From positions 124,001-188,000 of the IMG/VR virus record IMGVR_UViG_3300031957_002643: a DNA stretch of 64,000 bases, one strand, 5' to 3'. A model generated the notes under the pieces. That model was not told the origin of the DNA. It was given only the letters and a program-made list of their open reading frames with translations, and made no database searches. The translations under genes and the position numbers were made by a program. Shown here in pieces: positions 27,959 through 37,636 of this stretch. Numbering within the stretch: position 1 is the first letter of the stretch; the number at the start of each line of letters is the position of its first letter.

Positions 27959-29995
27959 TTACCGAACATCTTTCGGATGTCGTTCACCGACCAACGAAAG
28001 ATATATGTCAAATGGAAGCGTGTTCTTGAAATCATCTGTCATATCTTCAATGTTTATGTTGCCAACATCAAACATTGCTATGAGTTGTGTTAGTGTTTTG
28101 AACGCATTTGACTTTTCTGTTCTATCAGCGGCCCAATTATCTGTTCCATAAACAAAATCAGGCTTATCGCCTGTTGGTTCCAGAGAAGCAGAGCTATAGG
28201 GATTAGAACCAAACAAATTATCTAATACCTCTGACGGTGCAATTTCATCATTACTAAACGCATCCTTACTAACCTCGCACATAATAGGCATCTCATCGAT
28301 TCCTACAGATTGCCAATTTTTCAAGTCATTTAGAAACAGTGAACCATCTCCACCGCCATAGTAATACGTGTATACCATTGAGGTTAAAATATCATAAGCA
28401 TAGTGAGCCAAACTATTATAGATCAATTTTTCCAATGGCTTGGTTGTGTTTTCTAAAACACGCGATGCCACACCTGCCATATTTTTAACCAATCGGTCAC
28501 TTTTTGAAACAAAGTCAAACTCTAATTGCTTTATACTGATATCGCTATATTTCCAAATTGCCTTTTTGATTTTTACATCACCATTCTCGAAGGCATACTT
28601 CAATGCTTTACCCAAAATGATTTCACGATTTTTACTATCAAGTTCTTGAATGAAATCATCAACATCAACACCAAGCATTATAGCTTCAACCCCATGGAAT
28701 ATCGTTGAAACAATATCCTTTGGTGCATTTGTTTCTTTGATAATCTGTTTGATAAATTCATCCTTATAGTCTCTGAAATCACTATCCAGATCGCAGATAC
28801 GTGTTCCTATGTCAAAGCCAAAATAAGATTCATTCACATAAAGACCATCTGGATTATATTCATTGATTAGATATCTCTTGAATTTCTCTGGACCATCTTT
28901 GTGGCCTTCCATCCATGCCATAACTGGTGGGATCAAATCAGGCTTAGCCGTAAGAACTTTCTCACGCTCTTCTGGTGTCAGATCATAAAGATCGAAATTG
29001 TTTTCGGGTTTATATCCTCCACCGACAATATGATCTATGATAGGCATCAACAAAAGATCAACGATATATGGATGATAGTGTTCGGCGGGCTTATCGTTCC
29101 CCTTGCCCTTCATTTCTGTGAGTTCATTGTCCTTGGTTAAAATGAAAGTCAAATGAGGTTCCCAGAACGTACCACCATCTTTTGTTTCATGGAGTGTTCG
29201 GAAGCTGAGGATATTATCACCGCTATGTTCGCGAGGAGAATTCCCACAATGACCCATTGCGCGGGCTTCATCACTACAAGAAGCACGGTCAAGTCTAACC
29301 CATGCTTTAGTTTTACCATCATACCATTTTAGCACTTCGCCATCAAATTCATCATATTCGATATATGAATCAAAGCGCTTATTATATTCATCTTCGATTT
29401 CCGTGAGTTCTTGGAACAGGTCTTCAGGTGATTGATACCCGAATACAAAATTTGCGACCGGTGGCACTGGTTGTGAGAAGAAGTGCCCAATGTTGGCCAT
29501 AAAACTTCCACGCAACCAGTTGCTACTACTCCATGCAATATTGACCGTTAGGTTGAATGAGTCGGTGCCCATTTTAGAAATAAGTTTCTTCAAAAATGGA
29601 AAAGTATTGATTATTTCGTTCGGATTTTCAAAAAATGCTGGTCCTTGATACCTTGATGACATTTGTGCTTCTTTGATAATTGCATAAATTGTGCCTAGTT
29701 TGATTATTCTAACTGCCCAAATAACACGATCCTCTCGAACCAGAATACGTTCACAATCCCTTAGAACGGTTTTCATGATACCTAGTCTGGTTTCGATGAT
29801 TTTTGGTAGGTCTACAGAAATGAACTCTTGTTTGTCTTCCTCATTCCACTGTAATGCTTTAAGCATATGGCTTTCTGTGTTTTCTAATTTCGAAATAAGC
29901 CCCAACATACGTGGACCAATATTATCAATGGCCATGTCCTTGACCATTTCGTTCACATTAGCTTTTTCCAGAAGTAGGGTTAAAAATGACATCAA
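27959..29995 (-). CDS. Large hypothetical protein (MGHCGN motif)
   Basis: 678-aa ORF. Confidence 0.8.
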   Translation of the reverse strand: MMSFLTLLLEKANVNEMVKDMAIDNIGPRMLGLISKLENTESHMLKALQWNEEDKQEFISVDLPKIIETRLGIMKTVLRDCERILVREDRVIWAVRIIKLGTIYAIIKEAQMSSRYQGPAFFENPNEIINTFPFLKKLISKMGTDSFNLTVNIAWSSSNWLRGSFMANIGHFFSQPVPPVANFVFGYQSPEDLFQELTEIEDEYNKRFDSYIEYDEFDGEVLKWYDGKTKAWVRLDRASCSDEARAMGHCGNSPREHSGDNILSFRTLHETKDGGTFWEPHLTFILTKDNELTEMKGKGNDKPAEHYHPYIVDLLLMPIIDHIVGGGYKPENNFDLYDLTPEEREKVLTAKPDLIPPVMAWMEGHKDGPEKFKRYLINEYNPDGLYVNESYFGFDIGTRICDLDSDFRDYKDEFIKQIIKETNAPKDIVSTIFHGVEAIMLGVDVDDFIQELDSKNREIILGKALKYAFENGDVKIKKAIWKYSDISIKQLEFDFVSKSDRLVKNMAGVASRVLENTTKPLEKLIYNSLAHYAYDILTSMVYTYYYGGGDGSLFLNDLKNWQSVGIDEMPIMCEVSKDAFSNDEIAPSEVLDNLFGSNPYSSASLEPTGDKPDFVYGTDNWAADRTEKSNAFKTLTQLIAMFDVGNINIEDMTDDFKNTLPFDIYLSLVGERHPKDVR

Positions 29996-30810
29996 TCTTC
30001 AGTCCTAATAATAAAGCCTTCAATCAAGTCTTGAGAAGAGAAATCGTTTTCCACCAGTGCATTATCCATTTCCCGCATTTGAAGATGAATTTCTTCAATC
30101 AATTCAGCAGGATAAACTTTTACAGGTGGACTAATATGCGCAGTCGTGGTGAATGACATCTCAACAATGTGATAATCGTCCTCTCCGCCACCGGCACCAA
30201 GGTCACGTGCAGATTTGACATAATTGAAATCCCCATCAAATGAAATTGTCGTCAGATATGTCCAATCCAAAACTGAATTCGATAATTGAATATCCATTTC
30301 AGGATTGAATTGTTGTCCGATCTGCTCTGTGACCTGTAGGGCTTCATCCATATTTGATGCCCATAGTGTTAGATCGATTGTCATTTCATACGGAACTGGC
30401 ATGTACCTTTCCACCTGCATAGTTTGGAATGTACCACCAGAACCATCTGTTTCTGTTTCCATATTCCCTTCATACGTAGCTTGTGGAATTCGTTCCTGAT
30501 AGGTTTTGACCTCAGTATAAGAAGGTGCACGTCTGGCTTCCGCCTTTTGACGCAATCCGCCCAATGCCATTGAAAATACTGGAACAGTCAATGCCGTGTT
30601 CATATTTCCACCCGATAGATAGTGAAGTACTGTTCGATCCGATGATGCATACAATAATGGAATATCGCGGAACCTTGGTTGACCATCTGCTCTTTTGCCA
30701 CTCATGACCTGATATCCGGCAAACATCGCACCGATTTGCACCAGATATCTTTTGATCTGGGCATCATAGAAGAATGGTTTTCTTTTGATCGTAAATTCTT
30801 TCATCGCCAT
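29992..30810 (-). CDS. Tail terminator/sheath stabilizer (T4 gp15-like)
   Basis: FFYDAQIKRYLVQIGAMF, IPLLY, PVPY, EQIGQQFNP. Confidence 0.8.
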   Translation of the reverse strand: MAMKEFTIKRKPFFYDAQIKRYLVQIGAMFAGYQVMSGKRADGQPRFRDIPLLYASSDRTVLHYLSGGNMNTALTVPVFSMALGGLRQKAEARRAPSYTEVKTYQERIPQATYEGNMETETDGSGGTFQTMQVERYMPVPYEMTIDLTLWASNMDEALQVTEQIGQQFNPEMDIQLSNSVLDWTYLTTISFDGDFNYVKSARDLGAGGGEDDYHIVEMSFTTTAHISPPVKVYPAELIEEIHLQMREMDNALVENDFSSQDLIEGFIIRTED

Positions 30811-31139
30811 TATGAAATCCTATGATCGATTACAAATTTGAAAGTGATGTTCTCAACGCCCGATATTGTTTTGTATCTCAATACCCGCTTTCCATTAAAC
30901 AGAGACACATCAAATTCAACATTCAATGATTGGCCTGTCGGAACCACAGTCCATTCATGGTCAAATTGGACCTCTGAACCATTATCATTGATATCGAATT
31001 CACCAACCTGTTGAACGCTGCCACGAGTAGCAACATAATGGAACATGAATTTCTTCCACCCGCCTGCATCGGATTCGAGATTAGGATGAACTGTCTTCCA
31101 ATCTGATGATGGGGTTAGAATAACTGAAGTAGATTTCAT
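30810..31139 (-). CDS. Small structural protein, paralogous to the C-terminal domain of 51525..54260
   Basis: YVATRGSVQQVGEFDIND versus YVITRGNNQQTGELLLND. Confidence 0.7.
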   Translation of the reverse strand: MKSTSVILTPSSDWKTVHPNLESDAGGWKKFMFHYVATRGSVQQVGEFDINDNGSEVQFDHEWTVVPTGQSLNVEFDVSLFNGKRVLRYKTISGVENITFKFVIDHRIS

Positions 31140-31213
31140 TGAGCTTTACCGTATCGCTTTTGGATCATTGACAAGCACCATAAGTATCTCGCCAATTTGA
31201 GTTACAGGTATTT

Positions 31214-31531
31214 ATGAGTTCTTGTTATCTATACGCAATTGGACCTGAGAATAATGGTCCTATCAAAATCGGATTTTCAAAAAATCCGAAAAGACGGATC
31301 AAGTCACTTCAGACATCACATCCTGAAACTCTAGTCATCCATTGTGTGGTCGAATTTGAAACGGATAAGGCCAAATATCTCGAACGGTTCATCCATCGAG
31401 ACATCAATTATAAGCGAACCAAGGGTGAATGGTTTGATATGTCACCCGAAGACGCGAAGGGTACTTTGGAATTTTTTCGTATACATTACGAAGACAAGTC
31501 ATTGAATGAAATAAAATTATTGACAAAATAA
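31214..31531 (+). CDS. GIY-YIG nuclease (T5orf172/MUG113 type)
   Basis: YLYAIG, IKIGFS, RRIKSLQTS, LERFIH, GEWF. Confidence 0.85.
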   Translation: MSSCYLYAIGPENNGPIKIGFSKNPKRRIKSLQTSHPETLVIHCVVEFETDKAKYLERFIHRDINYKRTKGEWFDMSPEDAKGTLEFFRIHYEDKSLNEIKLLTK

Positions 31532-31553
31532 TTATACATGCTATTACCACTGT

Positions 31554-31889
31554 ATGAAAGTTGGAACATTCAAAATTAGCAATTTGGTTGCTTGGGGTGC
31601 ATTGCTCGTTGTCCTATCATTGTCTGTAGGATTAGGGATCGGGTTGTCATTTAGAAATGGTGCAGTTTCCGAGTATGAAGATTGGCTAAACCAAGAATCG
31701 ACTCTGGTTACCTTCCTTTATCTGGAAAACACAGGAGCGGGTTTCTATAGTCTTGGTGAGGAACAGATGCCCCTTCGTGAATGCATCTATCGATCCAATG
31801 AAACTCAAATGAGTGAAATTCAAAGTGATACGATTCAAATACGGGTACCAGCATGTCTAGTGAATATGAAACTCGCACCAACGAACTAA
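31554..31889 (+). CDS. Membrane-anchored hypothetical protein
   Basis: N-terminal transmembrane helix. Confidence 0.6.
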   Translation: MKVGTFKISNLVAWGALLVVLSLSVGLGIGLSFRNGAVSEYEDWLNQESTLVTFLYLENTGAGFYSLGEEQMPLRECIYRSNETQMSEIQSDTIQIRVPACLVNMKLAPTN

Positions 31890-32386
31890 TTATAAAGTAC
31901 AAGCGTCAAGATGAGGTTGGTATTCCATTCCTTGCTTGTTCCAAAGATAAGGTTCAACCCCTTGGTGACCCCTACAAGCTCGCATCTATTGAAGGTGGAA
32001 CTGCAATAATCACCAATGGACTTCGTGATTATTCGGTTCCTGTAAAGAATATCATTCTACTTTTCAAGAACAGAAGCATCAATCGTATGTTTTCCGATCT
32101 GATGGATGACTTCAAAGAAAATCTAGATATCTCTACATGCGTTGAGCTTTCATACACGCAGCGTGTCAGCTTCGATTCTGCCATTACCGATTTACGAAAA
32201 TGGTTTCACATGGTGCATCAACTTGTTGGGACGAGCTTTATTGTTATAGATTATGGTCTCGTTTCTGACAACGACGATCATGCTCTCACTATGGTATTTC
32301 CAAATAGCGCCTATGCACTTAATGCTAAACTCACCGGAGAAGAACTTCTAAAAGACCATTCTTATGGTTTTAAGTTTACGAACTAA
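31853..32386 (+). CDS. Hypothetical protein
   Basis: ORF track. Confidence 0.65.
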   Translation: MSSEYETRTNELIIKYKRQDEVGIPFLACSKDKVQPLGDPYKLASIEGGTAIITNGLRDYSVPVKNIILLFKNRSINRMFSDLMDDFKENLDISTCVELSYTQRVSFDSAITDLRKWFHMVHQLVGTSFIVIDYGLVSDNDDHALTMVFPNSAYALNAKLTGEELLKDHSYGFKFTN

Positions 32387-32697
32387 CCAAGACGAATGTT
32401 TTTTACATCTTCTGTTCTGATGCTAACCAGTTTCAGCATTCCTCTTGCATGTTCACGCCAATAACCTTGCATTTGAAGGTTCATAAGCGCATAATAGAGA
32501 TAGTCGGGATTAATGATATCGGTACGAACAACACCGATACCTATATGCTCATCTTTAAATTCTTTTGTAGGCGTCCCGATTGCATCAGGCGTGCCCTTCC
32601 TGATCAACCAAAAATGAGCATCTTCGAAGTTTGTTCCAACTTCGGCTAAGTCTTTGAGACGATATCCATTTTCTTCAAATAAATGACGAATTTTCAT
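32383..32697 (-). CDS. Small protein weakly resembling a type I R-M HsdS target-recognition fragment
   Basis: YRLKDLAEV, INPDYLYYAL, IRTEDVKNI. Confidence 0.45.
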   Translation of the reverse strand: MKIRHLFEENGYRLKDLAEVGTNFEDAHFWLIRKGTPDAIGTPTKEFKDEHIGIGVVRTDIINPDYLYYALMNLQMQGYWREHARGMLKLVSIRTEDVKNIRLG

Positions 32698-32714
32698 GAT
32701 TGTATTTATGAAGA

Positions 32715-32789
32715 TGGTACCCTAGACAGGAATCGAACCTGTGACCTTCACATTCGGAGTGTGACGCTCTTCCTCTGAGCTACTAGGGC
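32715..32789 (-). tRNA. trnR: tRNA-Arg(CCG)
   Basis: TCACA-CTCCGAA-TGTGA, CCA. Confidence 0.93.
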
Positions 32790-32903
32790 GCTTATAGTAT
32801 GGTGCCAGTTCTGGCGATTTTACGAACGCTTCTTGTTTAAAAGCTTCTTCCGAATCACGTAGAATTTTCTGTACGTATTCATCACTATAAATTACCATAT
32901 TGC

Positions 32904-33299
32904 TTATCCTACGTTTTGATCCCACCAAGCATCATTCTTGGCTAGGAATTTCAGGATATCCTGTTTGGTCAGGTAATCCCAATTCGATTGCATCATAGTC
33001 TTGATCTTTTGTTCACTCAAGTTCTGTGATGGATCATTTTTCATACCATCTAAAATATGTTGATACAATGCGTCACTCGATTCCCATAGGTGCACTTTGT
33101 CATCTGTGGCATCATAGAATTTGAATTGACCTTGGGACGATGCTATCAAATAACAATTTTCTCCCAGAAATTCATGATGGATACCACCATTCGATGCATT
33201 TTGTCTTAACATATTGAATGCGGTTCTGATATCCAATCCGCGTCTTGATGTTGCCTGTTCGTTCAATATTGCGGTGATTTTCTGCTTGGTTACGTCCAT
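32904..33299 (-). CDS. Hypothetical protein
   Basis: ORF with ATAAATA upstream. Confidence 0.7.
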   Translation of the reverse strand: MDVTKQKITAILNEQATSRRGLDIRTAFNMLRQNASNGGIHHEFLGENCYLIASSQGQFKFYDATDDKVHLWESSDALYQHILDGMKNDPSQNLSEQKIKTMMQSNWDYLTKQDILKFLAKNDAWWDQNVG

Positions 33300-33334
33300 A
33301 GTTTTAACTCCGATACCAGAACGTATTTATCATC

Positions 33335-33511
33335 ATTACTATTTTACTTACCACACCGCCATATCGGTCGTTGCGTCTAATTGTGAAGCCCGATCTACTC
33401 TTATGCTGGTTGATTCGGTGTACACTACGAATCGTGCGGCGAGTTTACGTCATTCACAGACAAGTAATGGTGCCGTCGCACTTTCCTTGATGTGGTAAGC
33501 AAAATAGTAAT
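33335..33511 (-). ncRNA. Candidate rod-shaped ncRNA (6S-like)
   Basis: 21-bp closing stem with one G-U pair, central bubble, inner stems. Confidence 0.45.
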
Positions 33512-33587
33512 TGGCACCGGGCGATGGATTCGAACCATACCTTCCTGACTCACAATCAGGCGTGCTCGCCACTACACTACGCCCGGC
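33512..33587 (-). tRNA. trnH: tRNA-His(GTG)
   Basis: CCTGA-TTGTGAG-TCAGG, CCA. Confidence 0.9.
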
Positions 33588-33594
33588 ATAAAAA

Positions 33595-33670
33595 TGGTAC
33601 CCCGTGATGGATTCGAACCACCGACAACCCGCCTTCGTAGGACGGTGCTCTTCCACTGAGCTAACGGGGC
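33595..33670 (-). tRNA. trnR: tRNA-Arg(ACG)
   Basis: CCGTC-CTACGAA-GGCGG, CCA. Confidence 0.93.
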
Positions 33671-33922
33671 ATAACCCTTAGATATCTGATCCCTTTCTGT
33701 GTGATCCTGATCTGACACGCTTTTCTTGTTCTCTAAGTGCTTCTTCAGTCATTGCAGCACCAACAGACAAAACTTTCCAGCCTTCAGACCATACATCATT
33801 TTCTTTCAGACCAACTGTATTTCCTACTTTGGCAAAATTCGCTGGCAAAAATGAAACCATGATCGAATTGCCTTTTCTTAGCCTGCACTGATAAAACCGT
33901 TTCATTTTTATACTCCTTGATT

Positions 33923-33998
33923 TGGTAGACCCGACCGGATTCGAACCGGCATCGCCGCAGTGAAAGTGCAACATCCTAAGCCATTAGAAGACGGGTCC
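33923..33998 (-). tRNA. trnE: tRNA-Glu(TTC)
   Basis: TTGCA-CTTTCAC-TGCGG, CCA. Confidence 0.9.
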
Positions 33999-34023
33999 AA
34001 AAGTTATCATCATTCAACCAACT

Positions 34024-34101
34024 TGGTAGTCCCTGCGGGGGTCGAACCCGCTTCTACACCTTGAAAGGGTGTTATCCTAGCCTTCCGTAGACGAAGGGAC
34101 C
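34024..34101 (-). tRNA. trnE: tRNA-Glu(TTC)
   Basis: ACACC-CTTTCAA-GGTGT, CCA. Confidence 0.92.
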
Positions 34102-34106
34102 AAATT

Positions 34107-34183
34107 TGGTAGTTCCGGCAGGATTCGAACCTGCGATCTCCCGATTATCAGTCGGACGCTTTAGCCAACTAAGCTACAGAACC
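34107..34183 (-). tRNA. trnI: tRNA-Ile(GAT)
   Basis: TCCGA-CTGATAA-TCGGG, CCA. Confidence 0.95.
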
Positions 34184-34266
34184 ATAAATTCTAAGGCGGG
34201 AACAAGATTTCATTCCTCTTTAAGATCGAATTGCGTTTTCACATACCGCACTCTAGATCACCATGT

Positions 34267-34344
34267 TGGCGGGGAAGACGGGATTTGAACCCGCGATCTC
34301 CTGTTCGACAGACAGGCGCTTTAACCAGACTAAGCTACATCCCC
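34267..34344 (-). tRNA. trnD: tRNA-Asp(GTC)
   Basis: CCTGT-CTGTCGA-ACAGG, GCCA. Confidence 0.95.
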
Positions 34345-34349
34345 ATGAA

Positions 34350-34424
34350 TGGTGGTGTGAGAAGGGTTCGAACCTCCGACGCGCAGGGCTTCAACCTACC
34401 GCTCTACCGCTGAGCTACCACACC
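34350..34424 (-). tRNA. trnF: tRNA-Phe(GAA)
   Basis: GTAGG-TTGAAGC-CCTGC, CCA. Confidence 0.93.
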
Positions 34425-34769
34425 TTTAACTTTCCTTGTTTCCAAACTCCTTTTCATTTCGACAAAGAAAAACCCTCTGAACCTTTCGATCCAGAGGGTC
34501 TATTCGCTTGACTTATGCACACATGTGATTAGTCGCGATGACCCTCCGGTCTCTCGATAATATCAAATTCGCGATGTTCACGACGCATAGCCATAACTTC
34601 ATTATCTTTCATTGTTTTGGGCTTTTGCCCGGAACTCAAAACGAGGCTTGCTGCATATTCCGCTGCGGCTCTATAATAGGCACCGTCATAGATAAGCATA
34701 TCAACCTCACTGTTTGTACTTATAGGATAAATTCAGACCGTTGTCAAACAAAATCTGAAAAATTTTATC

Positions 34770-35195
34770 CTATTGTTTTTCAAGGAGTTTTTCGATTTCC
34801 CAAAGAATTGTTTTGGGATTTCCTTTTCCCCGAATCTTCTTCATCACCATTCCCATCAATTTCTGGGCATTGGTTTCATCCGGGTTTTCCGCCAGAACTC
34901 CATCAATAACATCTCCAATGGGAATGAGATGATTGGTTTGTTCAGGAAGATATTCACCAATAATTTTGATCTCATCCAAAATTTCTTGGGTTTCTCTGAG
35001 GTCTCTCGATTTCTCAAGGTTCTTCATGAAGTACTTTGCGGCCTTCTGAAGATCATCATTGGTTGGATCGCGTTGCTCATTCTTTGCACGAGTATTCGCG
35101 TCGGCCAGCAGGGTTGTCAGTACCTTTGCACGAAAGGTATCACGATTTTTGCGAGCTTCTAGAGCTTCGCGTTTCAAGTCTTCAAGGTTTTTCAT
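34770..35195 (-). CDS. GatB/YqeY domain protein
   Basis: LKREALEARKNRD..RAKVL, EYLPEQ, MGMVMKKIRGK. Confidence 0.85.
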   Translation of the reverse strand: MKNLEDLKREALEARKNRDTFRAKVLTTLLADANTRAKNEQRDPTNDDLQKAAKYFMKNLEKSRDLRETQEILDEIKIIGEYLPEQTNHLIPIGDVIDGVLAENPDETNAQKLMGMVMKKIRGKGNPKTILWEIEKLLEKQ

Positions 35196-35662
35196 TTTTC
35201 ATTTTCCAGTTCTTTGATTTCGGCCTGAAGCTGACGCAATGATCTCTTTTTCTTAATCAACTGTGCCTTCTTGGCTTTTTGGGACTTTGCTTCTCGCCTT
35301 ACCAGTTCAGCCTCAATAGCCTCTTTATTATCTTCATACCATTGGTTGTATTCAGCGAGTTTTTCTTCAAACTGTGCTCGACACTCTTCGATGGCAATAT
35401 CAGATGGCTTGCAAATAGCGCCTAGTTCAACGCCGGATGAATTATAATAGGAATGTGGCACCGAAAAATAAATATCATCGCGATTTGGTTTGGCCCAATC
35501 GGATATAAAATTCCCACGATTAAAGTCCAAATATTCTTGGACTAATTCGTCATATGTCTTCCCATCACCAAAGTTCACATAGTCGAGTTCCAGACCTATC
35601 CATTTAGGTTCTGGAAGAATCAATTCTGGTTTTTGCTTTATACGAATAGGTTTTCTTGCCAT
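35192..35662 (-). CDS. Hypothetical protein
   Basis: ORF in operon. Confidence 0.7.
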   Translation of the reverse strand: MARKPIRIKQKPELILPEPKWIGLELDYVNFGDGKTYDELVQEYLDFNRGNFISDWAKPNRDDIYFSVPHSYYNSSGVELGAICKPSDIAIEECRAQFEEKLAEYNQWYEDNKEAIEAELVRREAKSQKAKKAQLIKKKRSLRQLQAEIKELENEK

Positions 35663-35663
35663 G

Positions 35664-36686
35664 TCATCCTGCCAACTTATTCGGAATTACTGCTTGGCCA
35701 TGCATCCAGTGCTTGACTGTCTGAACATGATCCTTCCGAACGAACTTTGCAACCTTTTTTCTGAATTCACCGTAGTAAAAAGAATCGGTGACGCGAACCA
35801 GATATCCTTCACTGATTCCCCAACGATCCTCATCCCAAAGCTTCTTGATTAGCTTTTCGTCCCATGGGCCACGATAAATGACATCAACCGGAGTGATTCC
35901 AAGAAGCTGAAACCATTCCAAGGTCTCATCCCACGAAAGGCACATGTTGCGATCATCCCAAACCGAGAAACCGGTAAAGTATGATTTTAATTCTTCATAT
36001 TCGATAGAATGCTGGGCATAGAGGTTTTCACCACAAACGCGCCAGAACTCAGGAATTTCATGGGCAATCTGAGACCAAAAGTTTTTCATCCAATCACGGG
36101 AAGGATGATGGCGGCTATCAACCGAACGAGCATGAATGTGATCGGAATACATCGTGGTATTCTCACCATCCATCTTTTCAGTGATCACGACTTCCTTTCC
36201 AATGAAGCCCTCAAGCGAATCAATCACACGATCATCATCATGGATGTTTTCAGACCAAGGCAAATGAGGGGTGCGCGGGTATTTCACCCAATGTGTGAAA
36301 TCCTTAAGGACATTGCCGCGTTCCAACACCTTTTGAACAGATGGGTCATAGAACAGTTCTCCTCGCAGGCGAGTGCCATTTGGCATGACCGGATTGCCCC
36401 ATTTGTCGTAGACATGATCGTCATACAGATGAGGAGGAACAATGATCTTAGTAATACCACAGGCAAGACGAACGTCTTCGACCGAAATTTCGGTGGTCTC
36501 GCATTGCATATGGTGATCGGCGCAAACCGATGCGCCATTTTCCAGATAGTATCCACCATCCGGCCAAAGGCGACGTTCTATGATATGATGAGCATCCTGA
36601 GCGGGCTTTGAACAGAAGACACACTGATGCCCATCGCGTTCAAAGACACGTTCTCTGAATTCATCTCTGGACAACAGTTTAAACAT
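35664..36686 (-). CDS. HNH domain plus RNA ligase (Rnl2-like) fusion
   Basis: N-terminal VFERDGHQCVFC..AHHI..NGASVC; C-terminal KYPRTPHLPWS, TEKMDGEN, GENLY, EGYLVR, KFVR. Confidence 0.85.
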   Translation of the reverse strand: MFKLLSRDEFRERVFERDGHQCVFCSKPAQDAHHIIERRLWPDGGYYLENGASVCADHHMQCETTEISVEDVRLACGITKIIVPPHLYDDHVYDKWGNPVMPNGTRLRGELFYDPSVQKVLERGNVLKDFTHWVKYPRTPHLPWSENIHDDDRVIDSLEGFIGKEVVITEKMDGENTTMYSDHIHARSVDSRHHPSRDWMKNFWSQIAHEIPEFWRVCGENLYAQHSIEYEELKSYFTGFSVWDDRNMCLSWDETLEWFQLLGITPVDVIYRGPWDEKLIKKLWDEDRWGISEGYLVRVTDSFYYGEFRKKVAKFVRKDHVQTVKHWMHGQAVIPNKLAG

Positions 36687-37099
36687 TTCATTTTGCCTTC
36701 TCGTACTGAACCACCTTACTGATTTTATCATAGATGTCAATCAGAATCGGCTCATTGGCACCTTCCAATTTTTCCAACAGTCGTTCCATTTCTTCCATAG
36801 TCAGGTCGAGACGAGGAACAATGACAACGGGTTTTAGTCGTGCTCTGATTTCCTGCCGTTCCCGATAGTTGGGACGATATTTATACAGACGCGAATACAC
36901 CGCAAACTGTCGTTGCATGATTTCCATAGGGTGCGTAATGCCACGAAAACGGCAACGTTCGGCAACCTTTTGATCAATGATGGATTTATCACTACCGAGT
37001 TTTCGGTTGCCATCCATGAACAGTTGGTCATTCGAAGTGATATATCCTTCTTTCGATTTGAAGGGATTTCGCTTCTGGTTACCTTGATGTTCGAAATGA

Positions 37100-37579
37100 C
37101 TACCCATGTACCGTCCCCCCATAAGCAAGACGATTGTAGATGTCTTCCAGCTTCGCCTCATCGTCGAGACGCAGTTCGTAGCACGGGAAAGGCTTCATAT
37201 TGAACCCACGACGATCAACGACATCCACATCTGACCACTTCGAACCAAAAACTTCGAACTCATCGTTCAGGTACGACAGAATAGTAGTGATGCGTTGCTG
37301 GCCGTCGATCAGCCATTGATCGGTCTTACCATCGATCTGAGAAGAACGATTGTACACGAAGGATGCAATCGGCAGACCAAGCCACAGGCTTTCGATCAGA
37401 CGAATACGCTGCTTCATTGTCCATACAGCCGGGCGCTGGAATTTCGGAAGAACGAAGCGTCCAAGAATACGCTCACCATCAGCCAGTTCACTATGGAGAT
37501 CGCGTTCCATAGCAATAAAACTGATGCAGGTAGACATAGCACTACCAGACATGATTTCAGTTGGCATCTTGTTGGTCAT
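37100..37579 (-). CDS. DUF262 (ParB-like/GmrS-type) domain protein
   Basis: PKFQRPAVW, LIESLWLGLPI, LIDGQQRITT. Confidence 0.85.
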   Translation of the reverse strand: MTNKMPTEIMSGSAMSTCISFIAMERDLHSELADGERILGRFVLPKFQRPAVWTMKQRIRLIESLWLGLPIASFVYNRSSQIDGKTDQWLIDGQQRITTILSYLNDEFEVFGSKWSDVDVVDRRGFNMKPFPCYELRLDDEAKLEDIYNRLAYGGTVHG

Positions 37580-37636
37580 ACTTCTCTCCCGTGTTATATT
37601 CTTTATACACGGGAGAGAAGTATTTGTCAAGTATTA

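Noticed and set aside
32722-32928. ORF running through tRNA-Arg(CCG)
   Set aside because: It overlaps almost the whole tRNA; the N-terminal part might be a real peptide but cannot be supported
34190-34264. Theta/HDV-like ribozyme after tRNA-Asp
   Set aside because: A small hairpin is present, but the P1/P2 nested pseudoknot could not be built
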